Part shown: positions 17,307 through 27,376 of the stretch, piece after piece | Position numbering within the stretch: the stretch's first letter is position 1 | Layout of the letters: the number at the start of each line of letters is the position of its first letter | Origin: Novosphingobium sp. Chol11 | Lineage (GTDB): Bacteria; Pseudomonadota; Alphaproteobacteria; Sphingomonadales; Sphingomonadaceae | Length of the DNA stretch: 32,000 nt | Reading direction: 5' to 3' | Assembly: GCA_945906105.1 (NCBI GenBank) | Contig: CAMDQO010000004.1 | Coordinates: 34,191 to 66,190 of the forward strand | The notes under the pieces: generated by a model | The model's input: only the letters and a program-made list of their open reading frames with translations | The model's database searches: none | Told to the model about the DNA's origin: nothing | Program-made: the position numbers and the translations under genes

Positions 17307-17840
17307 TTACTTCGCTGTCTTGCTTGCCGCTTTGTTGACTTCGCGGCGAGCGGTCTTCTTTTCGTGTTCGCTGGGCTGAACTTCAGGCAGTTCGACCGAG
17401 CCGCCAGCCTTTTCGACCGCAGCGCGGGCACCGGCAGAAACGCCAGCGACGAAGAACTTTACCTTGGCAGTGAAATCACCCTTGGCAAGCAGGCGAACGC
17501 CATCCTTGCCACCGCGTGCGAGGCCAGCAGCCTTCAGTGCGGCGTGATCGATAACCGCATTGGCATCGAGCTTGCCCGCATCAATAACCTTCTGGACGAG
17601 ACCGAGGTTGACCTCGGCATAGTCCTTGGCGAAGGCCTTGTTGCTGAAGCCGCGCTTAGGAATGCGCATGTGCAGCGGCATCTGGCCGCCTTCAAAGCCG
17701 TTGACCGAAACGCCCGAGCGCGCCTTGGCACCCTTTTGGCCGCGGCCTGCGGTCTTGCCCTTGCCCGAACCGATACCACGGCCGACACGCATCCGGCCCT
17801 TGCGGGCACCGGCGTTGTCACGGATGTCATTGAGTTTCAT
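17307..17840 (-). CDS. rplO: 50S ribosomal protein L15 (with a Lys/Ala-rich C-terminal tail)
   Basis: [43 protein letters not shown]... Confidence 0.97.
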   Translation of the reverse strand: MKLNDIRDNAGARKGRMRVGRGIGSGKGKTAGRGQKGAKARSGVSVNGFEGGQMPLHMRIPKRGFSNKAFAKDYAEVNLGLVQKVIDAGKLDANAVIDHAALKAAGLARGGKDGVRLLAKGDFTAKVKFFVAGVSAGARAAVEKAGGSVELPEVQPSEHEKKTARREVNKAASKTAK

Positions 17841-17914
17841 GATAGTGCACTCGCTTTCGCTTTAAGTCGCGCTGATAGGATTGGTCCGGCACCAGGTCCG
17901 GACCAGAATTATGG

Positions 17915-18106
17915 TTAGTCGATGATGGCGACCATGTGCGGCAGCTTGGCGAGGGCACCACGGAGCTCCGGAGTGTCCTGACGCACGACAACTTTATGCA
18001 TCTTGCCAAGACCGAGGCCGATCAGCATCTGCTTCTGCTTTTCCGGTCGGCGGATCGGCGAACCGATCTGCTTGATTGTGATGGTTTTCATTTCTGTTTT
18101 GGCCAT
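17915..18106 (-). CDS. rpmD: 50S ribosomal protein L30
   Basis: The sequence is ...ITIKQIGSPIRRPEKQKQMLIGLGLGKMHK... GGAG lies 8 nt upstream of ATG 18106. Confidence 0.95.
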   Translation of the reverse strand: MAKTEMKTITIKQIGSPIRRPEKQKQMLIGLGLGKMHKVVVRQDTPELRGALAKLPHMVAIID

Positions 18107-18111
18107 CAGTC

Positions 18112-18855
18112 TTACTCCGTAATCGCGTCAGCGGCAGCTTCGGCTTCCGCGACATTTGCGCCGCCACGGCCGAGCAGATCAGCAACCTTCTTGCCGCGAC
18201 GCTGAGCAACCGACTTCGGTGAAGTCTGCTCACCCAGCGCATCAAAAGTGGCGCGGATCATGTTGTAGGGGTTACTGGTGCCGACCGACTTGGTCACCAC
18301 ATCAGCCACGCCCAGACTTTCAAAGACGGCGCGCATCGGGCCACCGGCGATGATGCCAGTACCGGCAGGTGCCGAACGGACATTGACCTTGCCTGCACCG
18401 AAACGGCCCTTGCCATCATGGTGAAGCGTACGGCCATCCTTGAGCGGGACGCGGATCATCTTCTTCTTGGCAGCTGCGGTTGCCTTGGTGATGGCTTCCG
18501 GCACTTCGCGTGCCTTGCCATGACCAAAACCAACGCGGCCCTTGCCATCGCCAACCACGACGAGCGCGGCAAAGCCAAAGCGCTTGCCCCCCTTGACGGT
18601 CTTGGAAACGCGGTTGATGTGAACCAGCTTTTCGATCAGCTCTTCGCCACCATCATCGTCGCCGCCACGGCCACCACGGCGATCACGATCATTGCCGCCA
18701 CGGCCACGGCCGCCACGATCACGATCATTACCGCCACCACCGGGTCGGCCACGACCACGGCCACGTGCGCCATCAGGAGCAGCGCCGGGTGCAGCGTCAG
18801 CCGCTACGAATTCGGTTTCAGCGCCAGTTGCGCCGTTTGCTTCGTCAGCCATCAT
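18112..18855 (-). CDS. rpsE: 30S ribosomal protein S5 with a roughly 80-aa Arg/Gly/Asp-rich N-terminal extension
   Basis: The conserved core begins near [32 protein letters not shown]. The N-terminus carries [39 protein letters not shown]. Confidence 0.95.
   Translation of the reverse strand: MMADEANGATGAETEFVAADAAPGAAPDGARGRGRGRPGGGGNDRDRGGRGRGGNDRDRRGGRGGDDDGGEELIEKLVHINRVSKTVKGGKRFGFAALVVVGDGKGRVGFGHGKAREVPEAITKATAAAKKKMIRVPLKDGRTLHHDGKGRFGAGKVNVRSAPAGTGIIAGGPMRAVFESLGVADVVTKSVGTSNPYNMIRATFDALGEQTSPKSVAQRRGKKVADLLGRGGANVAEAEAAADAITE
18681..18736 (-). repeat. Direct duplication at a 36-bp offset inside the rpsE 5' extension
   Basis: gatcacgatcattgccgcca (18681-18700) and gatcacgatcattaccgcca (18717-18736) match at 19 of 20 positions. 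They encode the repeated GGNDRDR motif. Confidence 0.85.
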
Positions 18856-19205
18856 CAGAACTCCAGCCCGCCTTCACGCGCGGCATCAGCCAGCGCCTTG
18901 ACGCGGCCATGGAACAGGAAACCGCCGCGATCGAACACAACGGCGGTCACGCCAGCCTTCTTGGCAGCTTCGGCCAGCGACTTGCCGACATCGGCAGCCG
19001 CAGAAACTGTTGCGCCCGGGCCTTTGCTGCCCTTGGTCAGCGTCGAAGCGGAAGCCAGAGTCCGGCCTGCCGCATCGTCGATGATCTGGGCATAGATGTG
19101 GCGACCGCTGCGATGCACGGACAGCCGGGGACGACCATAGGCACGAGCCTTGAGCGCGGTGCGGACACGCCGACGACGGCGGTCGAAGAGTGAGAGCTTG
19201 GCCAT
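18855..19205 (-). CDS. rplR: 50S ribosomal protein L18
   Basis: [35 protein letters not shown]...[26 protein letters not shown]. Confidence 0.97.
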   Translation of the reverse strand: MAKLSLFDRRRRRVRTALKARAYGRPRLSVHRSGRHIYAQIIDDAAGRTLASASTLTKGSKGPGATVSAAADVGKSLAEAAKKAGVTAVVFDRGGFLFHGRVKALADAAREGGLEF

Positions 19206-19738
19206 TACTTCTTCTTCCCTTCCTTGCGGAAGATGTACTCGCCGCGGTACTTGATGCCTTTGCCCTTATAGGGCTCCGGCTTCCTCCAACGGCGGATCTC
19301 GGCGGCAACCTGGCCGACCTTCTGCTTGTCGATGCCCGAAATTTCGACCGTGGTGTTATCCGGGGTCTTGATCTCGATACCTTCAGGAATAGCAAAATCA
19401 ACGTCGTGGCTGAAGCCGAGCTGCAGCTTCAGGTTCGAACCCTGAACATTAGCACGATAGCCGACACCGGTGATTTCCAGAACCTTGGTGTAACCCTGGG
19501 TTACGCCGGTCATCAGATTGTCAACCAGTGTGCGCTGCATGCCCCAGAAGGAACGCGCCTGCTTGCTGACATTGGCGGGCTTCACCAAAATCTTTTCATC
19601 TTCCAACGTGTAGCTGATTTCTTCACGCATGGTCAGCGTCAGAGTGCCCTTGGGCCCCTTCACGGTCAGTGTGCCATCCGCGATCGCAGCAGTTACGCCG
19701 CTCGGGATAGCCACAGGTACTTTACCAATACGGCTCAT
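19205..19738 (-). CDS. rplF: 50S ribosomal protein L6
   Basis: [15 protein letters not shown]...[21 protein letters not shown]... Confidence 0.97.
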   Translation of the reverse strand: MSRIGKVPVAIPSGVTAAIADGTLTVKGPKGTLTLTMREEISYTLEDEKILVKPANVSKQARSFWGMQRTLVDNLMTGVTQGYTKVLEITGVGYRANVQGSNLKLQLGFSHDVDFAIPEGIEIKTPDNTTVEISGIDKQKVGQVAAEIRRWRKPEPYKGKGIKYRGEYIFRKEGKKK

Positions 19739-20133
19739 CAGAATACCTCCGCAAGCACTTCGCCGCCGACATTCGCAGCGCGCGCTTCGGCATCCGAAAG
19801 CACGCCCTTAGGCGTCGAGACGATGGTGATGCCAAGGCCATTGCGTGTCACAGGAAGCTCTTTGCTCCCAGAATAGACGCGGCGACCAGGCTTGGAGACG
19901 CGGGCGACATGCTTGATCGCAGGTTCGCCTTCGAAATACTTCAGCTCGATACGCAGCTGCGGGTGGGCGCCGGTGGCGTCCTCCGCAAAACCACGAATAT
20001 AGCCTTCGCGCTGCAGAACTTCGAGAACGCGAGCGCGCAGCCGTGATGCAGGAGAAAGAACAGAGTCCTTCTTCGCACGCTGGCCGTTGCGGATGCGGGT
20101 GAGCATATCACCCAGGGGATCGGTCAGTGCCAT
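19738..20133 (-). CDS. rpsH: 30S ribosomal protein S8
   Basis: [16 protein letters not shown]...[16 protein letters not shown]. Confidence 0.97.
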   Translation of the reverse strand: MALTDPLGDMLTRIRNGQRAKKDSVLSPASRLRARVLEVLQREGYIRGFAEDATGAHPQLRIELKYFEGEPAIKHVARVSKPGRRVYSGSKELPVTRNGLGITIVSTPKGVLSDAEARAANVGGEVLAEVF

Positions 20134-20143
20134 CGCAGATTCC

Positions 20144-20449
20144 TTACCAGCTCGACTTGGTCACACCGGGGATCAGGCCTTTATTAGCCTTATCCCTCAG
20201 TTCGATGCGGCACAGGCCGAACTTGCGATAGTAGGCGCGCGGGCGCCCGGTGGTGGCGCAACGGTTGCGGACCCGGGTGGGGTTCGCATTGCGCGGGAGT
20301 TCGGCCATCTTGAGCCGGGCAATCAGACGCTCGTTTTCATCGAGTGACTTATCGCCAGCAACAGCCTTCAGCGCAGCATACTTCGCTGCATACTTTACAA
20401 CGAGCTTCTTGCGCCGCTCGTTTTTATTGATGGAACTCAGTTTCGCCAT
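20144..20449 (-). CDS. rpsN: 30S ribosomal protein S14 (long, non-zinc form)
   Basis: 101 aa. [17 protein letters not shown]...[33 protein letters not shown]...PGVTKSSW. Confidence 0.97.
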   Translation of the reverse strand: MAKLSSINKNERRKKLVVKYAAKYAALKAVAGDKSLDENERLIARLKMAELPRNANPTRVRNRCATTGRPRAYYRKFGLCRIELRDKANKGLIPGVTKSSW

Positions 20450-20492
20450 GGACTTAAGCTCTCTTCCTCAAACCTGATGAGTCACGCGGACT

Positions 20493-21086
20493 TTACGCGG
20501 CCTGCTGCTCTTCAGCAGCATCCAGCGGGAACGGGAAACCGAACAAACGCAGCAGCTCGCGCGCTTCGTCGTCGGTCGTTGCGGTAGTGGTGACAATGAT
20601 ATCCATGCCACGCACCTTTTCGATCTGATCGTAGCTGATCTCTGGAAAGATGATCTGCTCTTTCAGGCCCATGGCGTAATTGCCGCGTCCGTCGAAGCTT
20701 TTCGGGTTCAACCCACGAAAATCCCGGATACGAGGCATTGCCACGGTGATCAAACGGTCGAGAAATTCATACATACGCTCACGACGCAAAGTAACCTTGC
20801 AACCGATAGGCATGCCTTCACGCAGCTTGAACTGGGCGATCGACTTTTTCGCGATGGTGATAACCGGTTTCTGGCCAGCAATCAGTGCCATTTCAGCGGC
20901 TGCAACCTGGACCTTCTTCTTGTCCTGGCTCGCTTCGCCGACACCCATATTGATCGTGATTTTCTCGATCCTGGGGACTTCCATATGGTTCTTGTAGCCG
21001 AAGCGCTCAGTCATCGCTTTCACGATTTCCGCGTCGTACTTCGCCTTCATGCGCGGGGACATCTTGCCCGCATCCTGCTTAGCCAT
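20493..21086 (-). CDS. rplE: 50S ribosomal protein L5
   Basis: [42 protein letters not shown]... Confidence 0.97.
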   Translation of the reverse strand: MAKQDAGKMSPRMKAKYDAEIVKAMTERFGYKNHMEVPRIEKITINMGVGEASQDKKKVQVAAAEMALIAGQKPVITIAKKSIAQFKLREGMPIGCKVTLRRERMYEFLDRLITVAMPRIRDFRGLNPKSFDGRGNYAMGLKEQIIFPEISYDQIEKVRGMDIIVTTTATTDDEARELLRLFGFPFPLDAAEEQQAA

Positions 21087-21396
21087 CGAGCATCTCCCCG
21101 GACTTCACGGCCACGCGGACCTTCTTGCCGTCCTTGATTTCGAAGCGAACGCGGCTCGGCTTGCCATCCTTGGTCGCAATTGAGACCTTGGAGATATGCA
21201 TAGGCGCTTCGCGGCGATCGATCCCGCCTTGCGGGTTCGTCTGGCTCGGCTTGCGGTGGCGGGCAATCATGTTGATGCCCGAAACGACAAGCTTTTCGTC
21301 CTTAGGCAAAACCATGGTGACAGTGCCAGTGCGGCCCTTGTCCTTACCCGAGCGGACGATAACGCTATCGCCCTTCTTGATCTTAGCGGAAGCCAT
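21079..21396 (-). CDS. rplX: 50S ribosomal protein L24
   Basis: [22 protein letters not shown]... contains the KOW motif. Confidence 0.97.
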   Translation of the reverse strand: MASAKIKKGDSVIVRSGKDKGRTGTVTMVLPKDEKLVVSGINMIARHRKPSQTNPQGGIDRREAPMHISKVSIATKDGKPSRVRFEIKDGKKVRVAVKSGEMLDG

Positions 21397-21764
21397 TACA
21401 GCACCTCCGGCGCAAGGCTGATGATCTTCATGAAACCGCGGGCGCGCAATTCGCGAACCACAGGTCCGAAGATACGGGTTCCGATGGGCTCTTCGTTCTT
21501 GCCGACGAGCACAGCGGCGTTGCTGTCAAAGCGGATCACAGAACCATCAGCGCGACGCACTTCCTTGCGGGTGCGTACGATGACGGCGCGGTGAACGTCG
21601 CCCTTCTTGACCTTGGCGCGCGGTTGCGCTTCCTTGACCGACACCACGATGATGTCGCCGACGCCCGCAACCCGGCGCTTAGAGCCACCCAGTACCTTGA
21701 TGCACTGGACGCGCTTTGCGCCGCTGTTGTCCGCGACGTCGAGGTTGGATTGCATCTGGATCAT
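21396..21764 (-). CDS. rplN: 50S ribosomal protein L14
   Basis: [31 protein letters not shown]... Confidence 0.98.
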   Translation of the reverse strand: MIQMQSNLDVADNSGAKRVQCIKVLGGSKRRVAGVGDIIVVSVKEAQPRAKVKKGDVHRAVIVRTRKEVRRADGSVIRFDSNAAVLVGKNEEPIGTRIFGPVVRELRARGFMKIISLAPEVL

Positions 21765-21830
21765 TGATCCGGTTCCTTCTCAACGGCTTGCCGATACTTG
21801 TCCGGCAGTTCCAAAATTCGTTTCACAAAT

Positions 21831-22100
21831 TCAAACGTCAGCTTCAACAGCAGCAGTCTTGCCCGCCGTAACCCGCTCGATCACCTTCCAGGTCTTCAAC
21901 TTGGAGATGGGACGGGTTTCTTCGATACGGACGGTCTCGCCAGTGCTGAAGGCATTGTCTTCATCATGCGCGTGATACTTCTTCGAACGGCGGATGATCT
22001 TCCCGTACATCGGGTGCTTCACCTTACGCTCGACACGAACCACCACGGTCTTGTCGGTCTTATCGGAAACAATCGTCCCGACGAGGATACGCTTGGGCAT
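21831..22100 (-). CDS. rpsQ: 30S ribosomal protein S17
   Basis: [47 protein letters not shown]. Confidence 0.97.
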   Translation of the reverse strand: MPKRILVGTIVSDKTDKTVVVRVERKVKHPMYGKIIRRSKKYHAHDEDNAFSTGETVRIEETRPISKLKTWKVIERVTAGKTAAVEADV

Positions 22101-22110
22101 CGTAGTCTCC

Positions 22111-22335
22111 CTAAGCCTTGACCGCAGCGCTGGTGCGCTGGGTCTGAAGCGTTTTGATGCGGGCGATGTCGCGGCGCACTTCCTTGATACGAGCCGGACG
22201 CTCGAGTTGGTTGGTCGCAGCCTGAAAACGCAGGTTGAACGCCTCGCGCTTCAGTTCGGCGAGATCGCCGGAGAGCTGATCGTCGCTCTTGACGCGCATA
22301 TCCACGATCTTGTTGGAATTCTTGCCGGCCATCAT
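22111..22335 (-). CDS. rpmC: 50S ribosomal protein L29
   Basis: [38 protein letters not shown]. Confidence 0.95.
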   Translation of the reverse strand: MMAGKNSNKIVDMRVKSDDQLSGDLAELKREAFNLRFQAATNQLERPARIKEVRRDIARIKTLQTQRTSAAVKA

Positions 22336-22766
22336 ACGGCTCCCAGATGCGAGGTATCACCCAGACGGGCAACAACCTTGGTCTTGATCGGCAGTTTCAT
22401 CGCAGCGCGCTGGAATGCGACTGCGGCAAGCGGGCCGGGAACGCCATCGAGTTCAAACAGGATGCGACCCGGCTTGACGCGGGCAGCCCAATATTCGACC
22501 GAACCCTTGCCCTTGCCCTGACGGACCTCAGCAGGCTTCTTCGATACCGGCACATCAGGGAAAATGCGAATCCAGAGGCGACCCTGGCGCTTGATGTGAC
22601 GGGTGATCGCGCGGCGAGCCGCTTCGATCTGGCGGGCGGTGATCCGCTCGGGCTCCAGAGCCTTGAGGCCGTAGGATCCGAAGTTCAGGTCGGTGCCACC
22701 CTTGGCATCACCCTTGATGCGGCCTTTGAAAGCCTTGCGGAACTTGTGTTTTTTCGGTTGCAGCAT
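22332..22766 (-). CDS. rplP: 50S ribosomal protein L16
   Basis: [19 protein letters not shown]...[27 protein letters not shown]. Confidence 0.98.
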   Translation of the reverse strand: MLQPKKHKFRKAFKGRIKGDAKGGTDLNFGSYGLKALEPERITARQIEAARRAITRHIKRQGRLWIRIFPDVPVSKKPAEVRQGKGKGSVEYWAARVKPGRILFELDGVPGPLAAVAFQRAAMKLPIKTKVVARLGDTSHLGAV

Positions 22767-22787
22767 GGTGCTTACTCTATCCTATGC

Positions 22788-23483
22788 TCAACGTGCCGGA
22801 CGAACGCCGGAGGTCTGAGCCTCAAGCATCAGGCGATCTTGCGCCATCGGATCATGACCGAGGATCTCACCCTTGAAGATCCAGCACTTGATGCCGATGA
22901 TGCCATAGGCAGTCAGGGCTTCAGCTTCGGCATAATCGATGTTGGCGCGCAGCGTGTGAAGCGGAACGCGACCTTCGCGATACCATTCGACGCGGGCGAT
23001 TTCAGCGCCGCCGAGACGGCCGCCGCAGGTAATCTTGATGCCTTCAGCGCCAAGACGCAGCGCCGATTGCACCGCACGCTTCATGGCGCGACGGAAAGCA
23101 ACGCGGCGGATCAGCTGATCGGCAATGCCCTGAGCAACGAGCTTGGCATCAATTTCCGGCTTGCGGATCTCAACGATGTTCAGCTTGACGTCGCTGCCGG
23201 TCATCTTGGCCAGCTGCGAACGCAGCTTTTCGATGTCCGCACCCTTCTTGCCGATGATGACGCCTGGACGCGCGGCATAGATCGACACACGGCACAGCTT
23301 AGCCGGACGTTCGATCACCACCTTCGAAATCGCCGCCTGTGGCAGCGAATCAAAGATGAACTTGCGCATCTTGAGGTCGTCCTCAAGCAGCTTTGCGTAG
23401 TTGCGGCCTTCGGCGTACCAGCGGCTATCCCAGGTCCGGTTGATCTGGAGGCGCAGGCCGATCGGGTTGCTTTTATGACCCAT
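22788..23483 (-). CDS. rpsC: 30S ribosomal protein S3
   Basis: [24 protein letters not shown]...[11 protein letters not shown]. Confidence 0.98.
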   Translation of the reverse strand: MGHKSNPIGLRLQINRTWDSRWYAEGRNYAKLLEDDLKMRKFIFDSLPQAAISKVVIERPAKLCRVSIYAARPGVIIGKKGADIEKLRSQLAKMTGSDVKLNIVEIRKPEIDAKLVAQGIADQLIRRVAFRRAMKRAVQSALRLGAEGIKITCGGRLGGAEIARVEWYREGRVPLHTLRANIDYAEAEALTAYGIIGIKCWIFKGEILGHDPMAQDRLMLEAQTSGVRPAR

Positions 23484-23486
23484 GGT

Positions 23487-23876
23487 TCAGGCCTCCCCAG
23501 CTTCGTCAGAAGTTTCGCGGACCACGATGCGCAGACGGCTGAAAGGCTTCAGAATGCGCGTGGACTTGCCGCGGCCACGGGTGTGGAAACGCTTCATGGT
23601 GATCGACTTGCCGACGCTGGCTTCAGCAACGACGAGCGCATCAACATCCAGATTGTGGTTGTTTTCCGCATTGGCAATCGCCGAGGCGAGAACCTTGCGA
23701 GCATCAACCGCCATGCCCTTCGTTGAGAAGGACAGGATGTTCATGGCGTCTTCGACCTTGCGGCCACGGATCAGCGCGGCCACCAGGTTCAGCTTCTGAG
23801 CCGAACCACGGATCTGCGTGCCTACCGACAGCGCTTCGTTGTCGGCGACGCGACGCGGAGCTTTTTGCTTGCCCAT
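23487..23876 (-). CDS. rplV: 50S ribosomal protein L22
   Basis: IRGSAQKLNLVAALIRGRKVEDAMNILSFS... Confidence 0.97.
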   Translation of the reverse strand: MGKQKAPRRVADNEALSVGTQIRGSAQKLNLVAALIRGRKVEDAMNILSFSTKGMAVDARKVLASAIANAENNHNLDVDALVVAEASVGKSITMKRFHTRGRGKSTRILKPFSRLRIVVRETSDEAGEA

Positions 23877-24154
23877 TAGCGCTTGCCCTTCTTGTCAGCG
23901 GCATGGCCGGGGAAAGTGCGCGTGGGCGCAAATTCACCAAGCTTGTGGCCGACCATCTCTTCATTGACTGAGACAGGAATGAATTTGTGACCGTTGTAGA
24001 CGCTGAACGTCAAACCAACGAACTGCGGCAAAATCGTCGAACGCCGTGACCAGGTCTTGATCGGAGCAGCGCGCTGACCCTGATCCTGAGCAGCTTCTGC
24101 TTTCTTCAGCAGATGCAGGTCGACGAAGGGGCCTTTCCAGACTGAACGTGCCAT
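23876..24154 (-). CDS. rpsS: 30S ribosomal protein S19
   Basis: [18 protein letters not shown]...[28 protein letters not shown]. Confidence 0.98.
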   Translation of the reverse strand: MARSVWKGPFVDLHLLKKAEAAQDQGQRAAPIKTWSRRSTILPQFVGLTFSVYNGHKFIPVSVNEEMVGHKLGEFAPTRTFPGHAADKKGKR

Positions 24155-24160
24155 TGTCTG

Positions 24161-24997
24161 TTACCTCTTCTTCTTCGCGTGGCGCGAACGAATGATCATG
24201 TCGTCGGTCCGCTTGTTGTGACGGGTCCGAGCACCCTTGGTCGGCTTGCCCCAAGGGGTAACCGGATGACGGCCACCTGAGGTGCGGCCTTCGCCGCCGC
24301 CGTGCGGGTGATCGACGGGGTTCTTGGCAACACCGCGGGTCAGCGGGCGGATGCCCTTCCAGCGATTGCGGCCAGCCTTGGCGAGATTGGTGTTCTGGTT
24401 GTCAGGGTTTGAAACCGCGCCAACCGTGCCCATGCAATCGCCGCGCAGGTAGCGCTGCTCGCCGGAATTGAGGCGGGCAATAACCATGCCGCCATCACGA
24501 CCGACGACCTGAACATAGGTGCCAGCTGAACGGGCAATCTGTCCGCCCTTGCCGGGCTTCATCTCGACATTGTGGCAGATGGTGCCAACTGGCATCTGGC
24601 TGAGCAACATGGCGTTGCCTGGCTTGACGTCGGTCTTCTCACCAGCAACCACTGTGTCACCAACAGCAAGGCGCTGCGGAGCAATGATATAGGTCTGCTC
24701 ACCATCTTCGTATTTGACGAGGGCGATGAAAGCCGTGCGGTTGGGATCATATTCCAGACGCTCGACAATCGCCGGTGAATCCCACTTGCGACGCTTGAAA
24801 TCGATGAAGCGGTACTTCTGCTTGTGGCCACCAGCAATGCCGCGTGATGTCACGTGGCCCTTGTTGTTGCGGCCACCAGTTTTGCGCTTGCCTTCGGTCA
24901 GCGCCTTTACAGGGCGGCCCTTCCACAGCGACGACTTGTCGACGAGGATCAGGCCACGCCGTGCGGGGCTGGTTGGTTTATAGTTCTTGAGTGCCAT
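24161..24997 (-). CDS. rplB: 50S ribosomal protein L2
   Basis: [15 protein letters not shown]...[23 protein letters not shown]. Confidence 0.98.
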   Translation of the reverse strand: MALKNYKPTSPARRGLILVDKSSLWKGRPVKALTEGKRKTGGRNNKGHVTSRGIAGGHKQKYRFIDFKRRKWDSPAIVERLEYDPNRTAFIALVKYEDGEQTYIIAPQRLAVGDTVVAGEKTDVKPGNAMLLSQMPVGTICHNVEMKPGKGGQIARSAGTYVQVVGRDGGMVIARLNSGEQRYLRGDCMGTVGAVSNPDNQNTNLAKAGRNRWKGIRPLTRGVAKNPVDHPHGGGEGRTSGGRHPVTPWGKPTKGARTRHNKRTDDMIIRSRHAKKKR

Positions 24998-25007
24998 GGG
25001 TGCTGCC

Positions 25008-25313
25008 TCAGATACCGCTAGTCACGTCGATCGACTGGCCAGGAGCCAGTGTAACGACGGCTTTTTTCACATCCGTGCGCGTGTAGGGTCTGCCCTTCCA
25101 CCGCTTGGTCTTGCCCTTTTGGTTCAGGGTATTCACACCCGTCACCTTGACGCCGAAGAGAGCTTCGACGGCGGCCTTGATCTGTGGCTTGGTTGCTGAA
25201 TCAACAACCTTGAAAACTACAGCATTGTGCTCGCTGAGCAGCGTCGACTTTTCGGTGATGTGGGGAGCCACAATCACGTCATAGTGACGTGTATCGATTG
25301 CGTCTTTAGCCAT
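25008..25313 (-). CDS. rplW: 50S ribosomal protein L23
   Basis: [26 protein letters not shown]...[13 protein letters not shown]. Confidence 0.97.
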   Translation of the reverse strand: MAKDAIDTRHYDVIVAPHITEKSTLLSEHNAVVFKVVDSATKPQIKAAVEALFGVKVTGVNTLNQKGKTKRWKGRPYTRTDVKKAVVTLAPGQSIDVTSGI

Positions 25314-25932
25314 TGAACCGCGCCTCCAGCTTTTCGACCGCGGCGCGCGTCAGCACCAGCGTGTCATGCTTCAGGATGTCATAGACATTGGCACCGATCG
25401 CCGGGAGAACATTGACACCGATAAGATTGCGGGCAGCGCGGGCGAAGCCCTCGTTAACCTGCTCGCCATCAACGATCAGCACCTTGTTGCCCCAATTTGC
25501 CTTGGCAAGCTGCAGGCCCAGAGCCTTGGTTTTGGCATCCGCGAGATCAAGGGTGTCAACGACGATCAGATTGCCCTGAGCCTTCGAAGAAAGCGCCATG
25601 CGCAGACCGAGTGACCGAATTTTTTTGTTCAGCGACACGTCGAATTCACGGCGGCGCGGACCATGCGCCTTGCCGCCACCAATGAAGATGGGGGCTGCAC
25701 GATCACCGTGACGGGCAGTACCGCCACCCTTCTGGTTGCCCAGTTTCTTGCCGGTGCGCGCAACGTCCGAGCGCTCACGAGCGGCGCGGGCAATGCCACG
25801 ACGGTTCTCAAGCTGCCAGGTGATGACGCGGTGGAGGATATCGGCGCGCGGCTCAATGCCGAACACTGCATCCGAAAGTTCAATGTCGCCCTTTGCAGAG
25901 CTGCCATCGAGGTTGAGGACCTTGACCTTCAC
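25306..25932 (-). CDS. rplD: 50S ribosomal protein L4
   Basis: [46 protein letters not shown]. Confidence 0.97.
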   Translation of the reverse strand: MKVKVLNLDGSSAKGDIELSDAVFGIEPRADILHRVITWQLENRRGIARAARERSDVARTGKKLGNQKGGGTARHGDRAAPIFIGGGKAHGPRRREFDVSLNKKIRSLGLRMALSSKAQGNLIVVDTLDLADAKTKALGLQLAKANWGNKVLIVDGEQVNEGFARAARNLIGVNVLPAIGANVYDILKHDTLVLTRAAVEKLEARFNG

Positions 25933-25935
25933 GAT

Positions 25936-26694
25936 TTAGCCCTCCTGACCTTCGGTTGCTTCGACAGCCGCTACGTCTTCCGCAGGGGTATCGGCAGCAG
26001 CCGAGATATTGCTGTTAGCATCCCGCTTCAGGCCGGCCGGATAAGGTGCTTCCGCATGACGGGCGACCTTCTCGGAATCCTTGACCATCAGCCAGCCATT
26101 CTTCGCACCGGGAACCGATCCCTTGACGAAGATCAGACCGCGTTCGTCATCTGTGCGAATGACTTCAAGATTCTGCTGTGTGCGCTGCTTGTCACCCATG
26201 TGACCGGCCATCTTCTTGTTCTTGAAGACCTTGCCCGGATCCTGGCGCTGGCCAGTGGAACCGAGCGCACGGTGGCTGATCGAAACGCCGTGGCTGGCGC
26301 TCATGCCGCCGAAACCCCAACGCTTCATGCCGCCCGCAAAGCCCTTGCCTTGCGTGTAGCCCTGAATGTCGACGAGTTGTCCGGTGACAAAATGCGAGGC
26401 AACGATGGTCGAACCGACTTCGAGCACTGCATCGTCTGCAACACGGAATTCAGCGACCTTCATCTTGAGCGGCACGTTAGCCTTGGCGAAATGTTCGCGC
26501 TGGGGCTTGGCGACGTTCTTCTGCTTGGCTGTTCCGGCACCGAGCTGGACGGCAACATAGCCATCACGCTCTTCGGTGCGCACGGAAACCACCTGACAAT
26601 CTTCCAATGACAAGACAGTAACCGGCACATGCCGTCCGTCGTCCTGGAAAAGGCGGGTCATCCCCACCTTTTTAGCGATCACGCCGGTACGCAT
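25936..26694 (-). CDS. rplC: 50S ribosomal protein L3
   Basis: [16 protein letters not shown]...[15 protein letters not shown] at 26694 has AGGAG 7 nt upstream. The ORF-track extension to 26733 lacks support. Confidence 0.96.
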   Translation of the reverse strand: MRTGVIAKKVGMTRLFQDDGRHVPVTVLSLEDCQVVSVRTEERDGYVAVQLGAGTAKQKNVAKPQREHFAKANVPLKMKVAEFRVADDAVLEVGSTIVASHFVTGQLVDIQGYTQGKGFAGGMKRWGFGGMSASHGVSISHRALGSTGQRQDPGKVFKNKKMAGHMGDKQRTQQNLEVIRTDDERGLIFVKGSVPGAKNGWLMVKDSEKVARHAEAPYPAGLKRDANSNISAAADTPAEDVAAVEATEGQEG

Positions 26695-26923
26695 GATCCA
26701 TCTCCTACAGAGGCCTTTGAGGACCATCCCCAAAGGCGTGCTCAGCCCAAGTGTGATACGAGCCCCGTCCGGGCTGAATGCTTCTTCAAGAGAAGAAGCG
26801 AGACGGGGGACGCATGCCCGGAGACCAGCTCCGGAGGTATCCCTATGTCCGCGCAGGTTTCCCTGCGTAACGGCCGAAGCCGATTAGGTCAGGCCCGAGG
26901 TTGAAACCCCTGACCCAGCCGGC
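26695..26923 (-). promoter_or_regulatory. 229-nt highly structured noncoding spacer between rpsJ and rplC; candidate cis-regulatory RNA, function unknown
   Basis: Six consecutive perfect-stem hairpins are visible on the transcribed strand, including one C(UUCG)G tetraloop and one GAAA tetraloop. No credible ORF is present. See the findings section. Confidence 0.5.
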
Positions 26924-27235
26924 TTACGCCAGCTTAATTTCTACGTTCACGCCAGCGGCCAGATCGAGCTTCATCAGCGCGTCAACAGTGGTGGCGTTGG
27001 GCTGCACGATATCGAGCAACCGCTTGTAAGTGCGAACTTCGAACTGCTCGCGCGACTTTTTGTCGATGTGCGGCCCACGGTTCACAGTGAACTTTTCGAT
27101 CCTCGTCGGAAGCGGAATGGGACCCCGGATCAGCGCGCCTGTGCGGCGTGCGGTTTCAGCAATCTCGCCAGTCGCCTGATCAAGCACACGGTGATCGAAT
27201 GCCTTGAGGCGAATGCGGATATTTTGAGCTTCCAT
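26924..27235 (-). CDS. rpsJ: 30S ribosomal protein S10
   Basis: [39 protein letters not shown]... Confidence 0.98.
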   Translation of the reverse strand: MEAQNIRIRLKAFDHRVLDQATGEIAETARRTGALIRGPIPLPTRIEKFTVNRGPHIDKKSREQFEVRTYKRLLDIVQPNATTVDALMKLDLAAGVNVEIKLA

Positions 27236-27315
27236 TGTCCACTACCGATGAGAAAGAGCAAAAACAAAACGATCAACCCGCCCTCTCCCGCTTTTCGTGA
27301 AAGAGCGGAGCGATC

Positions 27316-27363
27316 TTAAAACCGACCGCCGGGGACCAGAGCGAATCTGGCAAACCCCGGCGG
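27316..27363 (-). terminator. Terminator-like hairpin after tuf (str / S10 operon boundary)
   Basis: A 9-bp perfect stem pairs ccgccgggg (27326-27334) with ccccggcgg (27355-27363). An inner 5-bp stem pairs 27336-27340 with 27346-27350. On the minus strand UCGGUUUUAA follows, and the structure starts 14 nt after the tuf stop. Confidence 0.5.
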
Positions 27364-27376
27364 AGCGCGGCCTATA

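Noticed and set aside
22347-23726. 459-aa plus-strand ORF across rplP, rpsC and rplV
   Set aside because: It is antisense to three certain ribosomal protein genes, has low-complexity composition and has no start context. It is an artefact.
26629-26904. Plus-strand ORFs of 91 and 64 aa inside the rpsJ-rplC spacer
   Set aside because: They have no SD and odd composition, and they lie antisense to the operon. The region is better explained by RNA secondary structure.
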